64,000 bases of DNA from Bacteroidales bacterium (GTDB taxonomy: Bacteria; Bacteroidota; Bacteroidia; Bacteroidales; TTA-H9). Shown piece by piece: positions 47,301-55,582 of this stretch. The DNA lies in contig JAQVCV010000012.1 of the NCBI GenBank assembly GCA_028689615.1, forward strand, positions 10,241-74,240, written 5' to 3'. Positions within the stretch are counted from its first letter, which is position 1. Every line of letters starts with the position of its first letter. Both the position numbers and the translations under genes were made by a program. Below the pieces are notes generated by a model. The model was not told the origin of the DNA and searched no databases. It worked only from the letters and a program-made list of their open reading frames with translations.

Positions 47301-48983
47301 ATGCAAATGGATACACCCGATAAAAGCGTCGAAATTGTTGTAGAAAACAACCAAACCAAACTCACGATACCCAAATCAGCCACTCTGGCCGATGTAGCCA
47401 GTCAACTGGAAATCAAGCTTAAAGAGCCAATAATTGGTGCATTGGTAAACAACAAGTTACGTGAATTGAACTACGACATTTACAAGCCCAAAACCATCCG
47501 CTTTATTGACATGACACACCCGATTGGCTACAGAATGTACGCCAGATCGTTGGCTTTCATTATGTATCATGCGGTTCACGAATTGTGGCCACAAGCACGC
47601 CTTCGCATCGAGCATTCTGTTGCAAAAGGATGGTACTGTGAGCTTGACCACCTTGGTTTTGAAATGAAACCAGAAGTTGCCACCACCATCGAAAACAAGA
47701 TGAAGAAGCTTGTAGCCGACAATCTTCCCTTCTCCCGCCGCGAAGTGAGAACCGAGGAGGCCATTACACTCTACAAACAAATGTCGATGAACGACAAGGC
47801 CGATCTGTTCGAAACACGAACCGACATGTACACTTCGGTTTATGGATTAGCGGATAGCATCAACTATTTCTATGGCTACCTGGCTCCATCAACCGGCTAT
47901 ATTAAATTTTTTGACCTTATGCCCTTCAACGGGGGTCTGCTTCTGAGACTTCCAGACCGGAACAATTCTACCAAGCTGCCCGATGTTCCGCGTCATGAGA
48001 AACTCTTCAAAATTTTCAGAGAACACAAAAAGTGGGTGAGTATTCTCGATCTGCCCTACGTGGGCAACCTCAACAAAGCCATTGCTTCGCGCAGGGGCAA
48101 CGAGTTGATACAGGTAGCTGAGGCCCTTCACGAAAAAAAGGTTGCCCGAATCGCTGATAAGATATTCAAACGACGCAATGAGGTCAAAGTGATTTTGATA
48201 AGCGGACCGTCATCATCGGGCAAAACAACATTCAGCAAGCGACTGGGAGTTCAACTCTCGGTGCTTGGATTTGGCACCCGCCAGATAAGTCTCGACGATT
48301 ATTTCGTTGACCGGGAATTAACCCCGCGTGACAAAAACGGCGATTACGACTTTGAAACAATCAAAGCAATTGACATTGTAAGATTTAACAACGATCTGAA
48401 GAATTTGATTGAAGGACAATCGGTTGAATTGCCCAAATTTGATTTTACCCTTGGGAGAAGCAAGCCATCAGGAACCACCCTAACGCTCGGGCAGAACGAA
48501 TTGCTCATTGTGGAAGGAATTCACGGTCTGAATCCTGAATTGACACCCGGCATCAAGAATTCTCAAAAATTCAAAGTATTCGTTTCAGCATTAACCCAAA
48601 TCTCGATCGATACCCAGAACCCAATACCGTCAACCGATAACCGGCTGATAAGAAGAATTGTAAGGGATTATCAGTACAGAGGTTATTCGGCTCTCGACAC
48701 CCTTAAACGATGGGAAAGTGTAAGAAAAGGCGAGGAAACCTACATATTCCCTTTCCAGGAACTTGCCGATACCATGTTTAATTCTGCTTTGTTTTATGAA
48801 CTTTCGGTTCTGAAAACCGTTGCAGAACCCATACTCAAAGAAGTACAGCAAAATGTACCTGAGTATGCCGAAGCCAACCGGTTGTTGAAGTTCCTTTCCT
48901 ATTTCCGAACCATTGGCTCACGCGATATACCCCCCACAAGCATTTTGAGGGAGTTTGTGGGCGGAAGCAGTTTCGATTATTAA
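47301..48983 (+). CDS. Uridine/nucleoside kinase (PRK/uridine kinase family) fused to an N-terminal TGS and ThrRS-like domain
   Basis: 560 aa. P-loop ILISGPSSSGKTTFSKRLG in the C-terminal half. The N-terminal part of about 60 aa is TGS-like. Confidence 0.8.
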   Translation: MQMDTPDKSVEIVVENNQTKLTIPKSATLADVASQLEIKLKEPIIGALVNNKLRELNYDIYKPKTIRFIDMTHPIGYRMYARSLAFIMYHAVHELWPQARLRIEHSVAKGWYCELDHLGFEMKPEVATTIENKMKKLVADNLPFSRREVRTEEAITLYKQMSMNDKADLFETRTDMYTSVYGLADSINYFYGYLAPSTGYIKFFDLMPFNGGLLLRLPDRNNSTKLPDVPRHEKLFKIFREHKKWVSILDLPYVGNLNKAIASRRGNELIQVAEALHEKKVARIADKIFKRRNEVKVILISGPSSSGKTTFSKRLGVQLSVLGFGTRQISLDDYFVDRELTPRDKNGDYDFETIKAIDIVRFNNDLKNLIEGQSVELPKFDFTLGRSKPSGTTLTLGQNELLIVEGIHGLNPELTPGIKNSQKFKVFVSALTQISIDTQNPIPSTDNRLIRRIVRDYQYRGYSALDTLKRWESVRKGEETYIFPFQELADTMFNSALFYELSVLKTVAEPILKEVQQNVPEYAEANRLLKFLSYFRTIGSRDIPPTSILREFVGGSSFDY

Positions 48984-48997
48984 GCCAGTTTAAACCA

Positions 48998-49864
48998 TTG
49001 AAGAGCTACGTACCACTTCACTATGTACCTGTTGAAGACGACGGCTTCCACATCCAGATAAACGGACAAGCGGGCAACCATACCCTGCGACTTGTAGTTG
49101 ACTCAGGGGCTTCACGAACCGTATTCGACAACAACCGTATAGGAGGAATAAGCAATTCGCCCTTAAAATTTGCTCCCGAAATACAAGCACATGGCCTTGG
49201 ACAAGAGATACAAAGTTTCCTTCTGCACATCGATTGCTTCAAAATTGCCGATCAGAAAATCGACAACTACACATCCATTCTAATGGATCTGAACCCTCTA
49301 AACCAACTTTTCAGAACCATTTATGCGCCAGAGATACATGGAATTATTGGAGGAGACCTTCTGGTAGCCCTTAAAGCCATCATTAACTATAAAAAAACTA
49401 CAATCAAGCTGGCAGGAAAACGATATTCTCTCAGAAAACTGAATTTTGACGACGGATCTTTTCATCTTTTGCTCCAAATAAACCTACAGAACCAACCAGC
49501 CAATATGTTGCTGGATACTGGGGCAAGCAAAACCGTGTTCGACCTAAACTGCATGAAACTTTTTCACGACTTCAAACCCTCTGATCTGACGCCCAACGAA
49601 AAACCATCAGCAGGCATTCATGTTGAAACAACGGAGCATTGCACAGCAAAACTGGGAAATATTTCATTCGGATACCTGGCAATCCCTGAAAAGGATTTTC
49701 TGTTGCTCGACCTTGCAAACATCAACTTCACATACTCGCTGCTAAATCTACCCCCAATTGACGGGATTTTTGGAAACGACCTGCTGGGTCAGTTGCAGGC
49801 GGTTATAAACTACAAGAAGAAAACACTAAGACTTAAAGGCCAACCCAATGAAAAACCTGACTGA
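48998..49864 (+). CDS. Retropepsin-like (clan AA) aspartyl protease with two tandem domains
   Basis: 288 aa. Two copies of the module: LVVDSGASRTVF...IHGIIGGDLL...INYKK and MLLDTGASKTVF...IDGIFGNDLL...INYKK. The apparent start is TTG at 48998, 15 nt after the upstream stop. No in-frame ATG lies near the 5' end. Confidence 0.75.
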   Translation: MKSYVPLHYVPVEDDGFHIQINGQAGNHTLRLVVDSGASRTVFDNNRIGGISNSPLKFAPEIQAHGLGQEIQSFLLHIDCFKIADQKIDNYTSILMDLNPLNQLFRTIYAPEIHGIIGGDLLVALKAIINYKKTTIKLAGKRYSLRKLNFDDGSFHLLLQINLQNQPANMLLDTGASKTVFDLNCMKLFHDFKPSDLTPNEKPSAGIHVETTEHCTAKLGNISFGYLAIPEKDFLLLDLANINFTYSLLNLPPIDGIFGNDLLGQLQAVINYKKKTLRLKGQPNEKPD

Positions 49865-51197
49865 AGGTAATGAAGGCTCGCTGATCTTCCGCTTTGCATT
49901 ACCCATGCTTTTGGGTAACGTTTTTATGCAGATTTACAGTATTGTTGACAGCATAGTGGTGGGTCAGTTTATAGGCAAGGAAGCGCTTGCTGCTGTGGGA
50001 GCCTCTTTCCCTCTGATTTTTGCCCTGGTTAGTTTTGTTATTGGAATAGGGATGGGCTTTTCGATAGCAATTTCGCAATACTTTGGAGCCAGAGACTTTG
50101 ACAGAGTTGCCAGAGCTATTGATACCATGTGGATTTTCCTTGCCGTTTCCTCGGTTCTTCTAACAGGAATTGGCCTTTTATTCAGCGAGAAATTGCTGAT
50201 TTTAATAGACATACCCAACGAGGTGATGCCACAGGCTGTAAGTTATCTGAACATAAACATAATTGGTTTTGTAGTCATGTTTGGATACAACGGTGCTGCT
50301 GCGGTATTACGAGGGTTGGGCGACTCCAAAACCCCACTCTATTTCCTCATCATCTCAACTTTTATCAACATCGGGTTGGATTTGCTTTTTGTGTTGGTGC
50401 TCAATATGGGCGTGGAAGGAACAGCCTGGGCTACTGTGATTGCGCAGGCTGGTGCCTTTTTGTCGATGGCAGTTTACCTTAATAAAACCCATAAAATAAT
50501 CAGAATCAACTTTCGAAAATATGTTTTCGACAAGGAGATATTTCTGAAAAGCCTCAACATTGGCTTACCAACGGGCTTTCAGCAAACTTTTGTTTCATTT
50601 GGAATGGTAGCCTTGCTAAGCATTGTCAATCAATTTGGTACGGTTGCAGTTGCAGCCTATACGGTTGCTACCCGCATTGACTCATTCGCATCGATGCCAG
50701 CAATGAACTTTGCTGCTGCATTATCAACCTTTGTTGGCCAAAATCTGGGAGCTGGCAAGCACGAACGTGTAAGAACCGGGCTTATTGCTACCCTGAAAAT
50801 GACCTCCATAATATCAATTGTTGTCACACTCACCGCAGTGTTTTTTAGCGATATGATGATGCGGCTGTTTACATCTGATCCTGAGATTGTTTCCATCGGC
50901 TCAGATTACCTGCTGATAGTAAGCAGCTTCTATCTTTTCTTTTCAACAATGTTTATCATCAGCGGGGTTATGAGAGGTGCCGGCGATACCCTTGTTCCTA
51001 TGTTCATCACCCTGCTTTCGTTGTGGCTTGTCAGAATTCCTGTTTCGTGGGGATTATCAAGAGTGATAGGTATTCATGGGGTTTGGTGGGGAATACCTGT
51101 AGCTTGGTTTCTTGGCATGGTTGGAGCCTGGCTTTACTACAAAACCGGAAAATGGAAAAGCAAAGTAATTGTAAAAAACCAACAGGAGAAATCTTAG
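49848..51197 (+). CDS. MATE family efflux transporter
   Basis: 449 aa, about 12 TM segments. N-terminal LIFRFALPMLLGNVFMQIYSIVDSIVVGQFIGKEALAAVG is typical of MATE proteins. Overlaps the preceding gene by 17 nt. Confidence 0.9.
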   Translation: MKNLTEGNEGSLIFRFALPMLLGNVFMQIYSIVDSIVVGQFIGKEALAAVGASFPLIFALVSFVIGIGMGFSIAISQYFGARDFDRVARAIDTMWIFLAVSSVLLTGIGLLFSEKLLILIDIPNEVMPQAVSYLNINIIGFVVMFGYNGAAAVLRGLGDSKTPLYFLIISTFINIGLDLLFVLVLNMGVEGTAWATVIAQAGAFLSMAVYLNKTHKIIRINFRKYVFDKEIFLKSLNIGLPTGFQQTFVSFGMVALLSIVNQFGTVAVAAYTVATRIDSFASMPAMNFAAALSTFVGQNLGAGKHERVRTGLIATLKMTSIISIVVTLTAVFFSDMMMRLFTSDPEIVSIGSDYLLIVSSFYLFFSTMFIISGVMRGAGDTLVPMFITLLSLWLVRIPVSWGLSRVIGIHGVWWGIPVAWFLGMVGAWLYYKTGKWKSKVIVKNQQEKS

Positions 51198-51222
51198 AAA
51201 TCAGTTGGCAGAACACCAAAGC

Positions 51223-51951
51223 CTACTCCCATCCTGAGGCTAGCACATCAATCAGATGAATTGTTTTTAAGGGAATATTGTTTTTGGAGATATAGGCTTG
51301 CTGGTGCATCAGGCACGAGGCATCGGTTGAAACAATATATTCGGCTCCTGTTGCCAATGCGTTTTCAACTTTGTGTTTTGCCATGGCAACGGAAATTGCC
51401 TCGTGTTTTACTGAAAAGGTGCCGCCAAATCCGCAGCAAACACTTCTTTCTTCCATCTCTATCAATTGCAAACCTTTTACTTTCGACAACAAAAGCCGGG
51501 GTTGATCAGTAAGTCCGTATTCTCTGGTAGCAGCGCAACTATCATGAAAGGTGACTTTGTGCGGAAACTCCGCCCCCACATCCAGGACTTTAGCTACATT
51601 AACCATAAAATCGGTGAATTCATAGATATTGCGTTTTAGTTGCTTGTATTCGTTGTGTAATGCAGTATTATGAAACAATTGTTGATAATAATTCCGCACA
51701 TATCCAACGCATGAAGCCGATGGACCAACAACCGGTCTGTCGTTGGGAAAATCCTTTATAAACTTCTCTCCAATAGCTTTTGCCTCATCCATAAAGCCAC
51801 TGTTGAAGGCCATTTGACCACAACAGGTTTGATTTGGATTATAATTTACCTTCAGTTTAGCTTTTTGAAGGATTTTCACCATGTTGATCCCTGTTTGCGG
51901 ATACATCTGATCTATAAAACAGGGGATAAAAACATCAACTACCATGAACAA
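51223..51951 (-). CDS. CCG-domain (Fe-S)-binding protein, LutA/YkgE homolog
   Basis: 242 aa, colinear with E. coli YkgE: FIPCFIDQ..., TCCGQMAFNSGF, FHDSCAA, SVCCGFGGTFSVK, STDASCLMH. Confidence 0.88.
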   Translation of the reverse strand: MFMVVDVFIPCFIDQMYPQTGINMVKILQKAKLKVNYNPNQTCCGQMAFNSGFMDEAKAIGEKFIKDFPNDRPVVGPSASCVGYVRNYYQQLFHNTALHNEYKQLKRNIYEFTDFMVNVAKVLDVGAEFPHKVTFHDSCAATREYGLTDQPRLLLSKVKGLQLIEMEERSVCCGFGGTFSVKHEAISVAMAKHKVENALATGAEYIVSTDASCLMHQQAYISKNNIPLKTIHLIDVLASGWE

Positions 51952-51964
51952 AGGTTTTAATCGG

Positions 51965-51972
51965 CAAAGTTA
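51965..51972 (-). promoter_or_regulatory. Bacteroidota -7 promoter box (TAnnTTTG) for the lutA-like gene
   Basis: Plus strand caaagtta equals minus strand TAACTTTG, in the 26-nt gap between the aroA stop and the lutA-like start. This implies a very short leader. Confidence 0.4.
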
Positions 51973-51977
51973 CCTAT

Positions 51978-53252
51978 TTATTCAATGGAATGGTATGGCA
52001 GAGATTCAATATCCTTTACAGAAAAACCAGCCATTTTAATATGTTCGATAAACCGGGGATAGGACTTGGAAACCACGTTTGGATCATCAACAATTAAATA
52101 CCTGGTTACAACAGCTAACGGAATCAATGCAAACGCCATCCGGTGATCGTCGAGCATGCTCAATGAGGCGGGTTTAAGGTTGCTATGCGTTGCAGTAGAA
52201 ATGGAATCAGGCTCAATTTCTTTAAGACATCCGCCCAACAATTCTATGTTCCTGAGCATTCCGTCAATCCGGTCAGTTTCTTTCCAGCGAAGTGTTTTTA
52301 GCCCGCTAAGCATTTGACCGTAATTGAGTCCGACAAGTGTAGCCAAATAACATTGAGCCAAATCGGGAAAGGCGGAGAAATCCAGAACAGCTTCGAGCGG
52401 CTTTGGATCAGATGTACGGCGCAGACTTATGATATTTTTATACGTTGTAATTTCCACTCCCAGATCTCCAAAAAGGGAACAAAGAGCCTCGTCGCCCTGA
52501 AGATGGTTAAACGCCAGACCTGGCAATGAAATGCTAACTCCGGGTACCAATGCTGCAAACTCGAACCAGGGTGCCGCTGCCGACCAATCGCGATCGGTTG
52601 GCAATTCAAATCCGGAGTATCCTCCCGGCTTCACCTGAACAATATTCCCGGTTCGCTCTACACATGCACCAGCTTGTTGCATCAAAGCTATAGTCATTTG
52701 AATGTAGGGCTCAGAAACAGGGGTTCCCAGCAACCTCAGTTGCAAACCATTCAACAAACATGGGCCTACCATCAGCAAGGCAGAAACGAACTGGCTGCTG
52801 GTAGAGGCCTCTATATCAATTACACGACCCGTCAACTGACTTCCACGTACGAACAAAGGCCAACCACTAGGCCCCAGTTCAAGAATGGTGGCTCCCAATT
52901 GGCGTAGAGCACTTTTAAGTCCATCAAACGGTCGCTGTTGAAGTCTCTCCGAAGCAGTTAGCAAAAAATCGCCCTGCTGCACAGCCAAAAAAGGAAGCAA
53001 AAACCTCGCAACTGTTCCAGCCTGGCCGCAATCAACAACAACGGTTGAACCCGGATTTGCAGCCATACACACTTCCCTCAAAGCTGATTGCATCACAACA
53101 ACATCGTCGGGTAAGCCTTCTTCAGAATAAAAAACGTGGTTCCCTGCAAGGTGGTTGATGACCAAAGCCCTGTTGGCAATGCTTTTAGACAGAGGCAGAT
53201 CCACACTGAAGCTCCCTGGGGCACAATGGTATTCTATCAAGCTATAACCCAT
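51978..53252 (-). CDS. aroA: 3-phosphoshikimate 1-carboxyvinyltransferase (EPSP synthase)
   Basis: 424 aa. LPLSKSIANRALVINHLA..., DCGQAGTVARFL, ...DHRMAFALIPLA. Confidence 0.93.
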   Translation of the reverse strand: MGYSLIEYHCAPGSFSVDLPLSKSIANRALVINHLAGNHVFYSEEGLPDDVVVMQSALREVCMAANPGSTVVVDCGQAGTVARFLLPFLAVQQGDFLLTASERLQQRPFDGLKSALRQLGATILELGPSGWPLFVRGSQLTGRVIDIEASTSSQFVSALLMVGPCLLNGLQLRLLGTPVSEPYIQMTIALMQQAGACVERTGNIVQVKPGGYSGFELPTDRDWSAAAPWFEFAALVPGVSISLPGLAFNHLQGDEALCSLFGDLGVEITTYKNIISLRRTSDPKPLEAVLDFSAFPDLAQCYLATLVGLNYGQMLSGLKTLRWKETDRIDGMLRNIELLGGCLKEIEPDSISTATHSNLKPASLSMLDDHRMAFALIPLAVVTRYLIVDDPNVVSKSYPRFIEHIKMAGFSVKDIESLPYHSIE

Positions 53253-54321
53253 GAATAAGCCTCATAACATTTCGAACAGCATTGAACAAATCATCGTCGG
53301 GGACAGCCTGATCAAGCACTGGCACGCCAGGCCCTTTAAGCAGCACGAAACGAGCCGATCGCCCGACATTTTTTTTATCGAACGATACCATCCTGACAAC
53401 TTGATCGGCATCAATTCCTTCAAAAGGAGGAAAATTAAAATTGGTTAAAAGAAACTTCTCCCAATATGAGGCAAAACTGCTATCCAAATGAGCCAGTCTC
53501 ACTGATAATTGAAGTGCAACCAACAGTCCGGCTGCAATGGCTTCGCCATGCAACCAGGGGGTTGTACACGACATTGAAAGTGCCTCAAACGCGTGTCCTG
53601 CAGTGTGGCCTAAGTTCAACATCTTTCTTGAATCCTTCTCAAAAGGATCGGCACAAACAACACTGGCCTTAAACCTTACCGACCACTCGATGAGTGAAGC
53701 GAGCCGGTTTTGATCGTCGGGCAATCCTTTGGATATCATTTTTATATGGTTCCCGCCTTGAAGCAAACCGTGCTTTACACATTCGGCAAAACCCGAAAGG
53801 AGCTCCCGCTCTGGCAGCCATTTTAAGAACCCGGGCCAGATGACAACCTCCACAGGTTCATGAAAAGTACCTACCTGGTTTTTGGCGTGGCCCAAATTTA
53901 CGGCCGTCTTTCCACCAACAGAAGCATCGACCATGGCCATGAGTGTGGTTGGAATGTTCAGATGAGCAACTCCCCTTTTTAAAACAGAGGCCACAAAACC
54001 ACCCAAATCGGTAACCACACCTCCTCCAAGGTTCACGATTAAAGAGTGACGATCGAAACCCCTCTTCATCAACGACAAACACAATTGTTCGGTCTGAGTG
54101 ATTGATTTTGACACCTCGCCAGGTTTCACAACGAACACACCATCAAGAGGAAACAATCCGGCAATGGTAGGCAAATGAGTTAAAACCTGCCGATTCAGAT
54201 TTTCATCGGTGATCAAAGCCACCTCACTATGCTCAGCCATATAGTGTCTTAACCGCCATACCAAAGCAGCTGCATCATTGACAATCAATAAATTTTCACC
54301 GATACTCACCATAGCCATCAA
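53242..54321 (-). CDS. aroB: 3-dehydroquinate synthase
   Basis: 359 aa. LGGGVVTDLGGFVASVLKRGVAHLNIPTTLMAMVDASVGGKTAVN and NLGHTAGHAFE. Overlaps aroA by 11 nt. Confidence 0.95.
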   Translation of the reverse strand: MMAMVSIGENLLIVNDAAALVWRLRHYMAEHSEVALITDENLNRQVLTHLPTIAGLFPLDGVFVVKPGEVSKSITQTEQLCLSLMKRGFDRHSLIVNLGGGVVTDLGGFVASVLKRGVAHLNIPTTLMAMVDASVGGKTAVNLGHAKNQVGTFHEPVEVVIWPGFLKWLPERELLSGFAECVKHGLLQGGNHIKMISKGLPDDQNRLASLIEWSVRFKASVVCADPFEKDSRKMLNLGHTAGHAFEALSMSCTTPWLHGEAIAAGLLVALQLSVRLAHLDSSFASYWEKFLLTNFNFPPFEGIDADQVVRMVSFDKKNVGRSARFVLLKGPGVPVLDQAVPDDDLFNAVRNVMRLIHGL

Positions 54322-54460
54322 ACTTTAGGGCTCCAATAAATGAAACGGCCAAATTACGAAAAACCAATGACTGACATTCTGTCGCCACCCACTACCCATT
54401 AACTTCCAAATTTCGGCATGGAACGATATTTGAACATATTGAAAAACAAACATATTTGAC

Positions 54461-54790
54461 ATGGAAACAAACAAACCCATTCATACAAACTCGATGAGCT
54501 TTAAGAAGCTGATTTCAAATGACATTGTCATCGTTGATTTTTGGGCCCCATGGTGTTCACCCTGCCGAGCCATGGAACCCATTTTAGATGAAGTAGCAAT
54601 AAAAGCCCCGGCGGGCGCGCTTGTTGGCAAGATCAATGTTGATGACAACCCGAGTATAGCATCAGAATACGGGATATTTTCCATTCCCACGCTCCTCATA
54701 TTTCATAAAGGGAAAGAATACCGGCGGTATTCAGGAATTCAACCAGCCGAAAAACTGTTGCAAATTTTAAAGGAATTAAATACAAAATAA
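54461..54790 (+). CDS. Thioredoxin-fold protein with a CSPC active site
   Basis: 109 aa. VDFWAPWCSPCR...NVDDNPSIASEYGIFSIPTLLIF. Confidence 0.9.
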   Translation: METNKPIHTNSMSFKKLISNDIVIVDFWAPWCSPCRAMEPILDEVAIKAPAGALVGKINVDDNPSIASEYGIFSIPTLLIFHKGKEYRRYSGIQPAEKLLQILKELNTK

Positions 54791-55005
54791 TGATTATAAA
54801 CTTATTAAAAAAATACTGGCCGACTCTGATTGGTGTTGTTGCAGGGCTGGCAGGAGGCTACCTCTATTACACAGAGATAGGATGCAAAAGCGGAGGTTGT
54901 CCAATAACATCAAACCCCTGGATGACAACAATCTGGGGAGGAGTCATGGGGTACTTGGTCGGTGATATGTTTGTAAAAAAGAACACCAACGATCAAAAGG
55001 GCTGA
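54790..55005 (+). CDS. Small two-TM membrane protein with a CxxGGC motif (hypothetical)
   Basis: 71 aa. WPTLIGVVAGLAGGYLYY TEIGCKSGGCPITSNPW MTTIWGGVMGYLVGDMF. The start ATG overlaps the thioredoxin TAA (TAATG), which suggests translational coupling. Confidence 0.6.
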   Translation: MIINLLKKYWPTLIGVVAGLAGGYLYYTEIGCKSGGCPITSNPWMTTIWGGVMGYLVGDMFVKKNTNDQKG

Positions 55006-55018
55006 TCCACGATCGCGA

Positions 55019-55375
55019 TCACGCCTGTTGAGCCAACAGTTCACGCTGTTTTCGAGGGAGCGATGCCACTATGAGGTCGTACGACATATCGATCCACGAA
55101 AAAAGCAGATCATCGGTTAACGAACCGTCAATCAACACCATATTCCACAATTTTTTATTCATATGATATCCGGGTGAGACACAAGGATATTTTTCACGCA
55201 ACGCGACAGCAAGTTCAGGGTCGCATTTGAGATTAACGGAGAAGGGACCTTCCAGGTCAGTTAATGCAAACATTTTTCCCGATGCCTTAAAAACCAAGGT
55301 AGTAGCGTCAAATGGAAACGATTCTGTCACACCAGTTTTACGAATACAATAATCGCGAAGCGATTCGATGTTCAT
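55019..55375 (-). CDS. MmcQ/YjbR family protein
   Basis: 118 aa, colinear with E. coli YjbR: L..YC..K.G....FPFD..., LKCDPELA..LR....V.PGYHMNKK.WN.V..DGSL. Confidence 0.85.
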   Translation of the reverse strand: MNIESLRDYCIRKTGVTESFPFDATTLVFKASGKMFALTDLEGPFSVNLKCDPELAVALREKYPCVSPGYHMNKKLWNMVLIDGSLTDDLLFSWIDMSYDLIVASLPRKQRELLAQQA

Positions 55376-55403
55376 GTTAAAAATATTAAAATTCTTTGCC
55401 TGA

Positions 55404-55411
55404 CAAAAATA
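55404..55411 (-). promoter_or_regulatory. Bacteroidota -7 promoter box (TAnnTTTG) for the yjbR-like gene
   Basis: Plus strand caaaaata equals minus strand TATTTTTG, about 30 nt upstream of the ATG at 55375. Confidence 0.45.
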
Positions 55412-55582
55412 ATACTATCAGACAACCAAACATAAAGGCTCACCGATTTTCTGTAACCTCAACGCCCACAAACTTTATCTGCGAGAAAGAGTGTTGGTGT
55501 ATGATTAAAATGGATTAATTTTGCCGCTATCGTGGCAAAATTTGTTTTTTACTCATCTGAAAGTTAACCCAAAACGTCGCTT

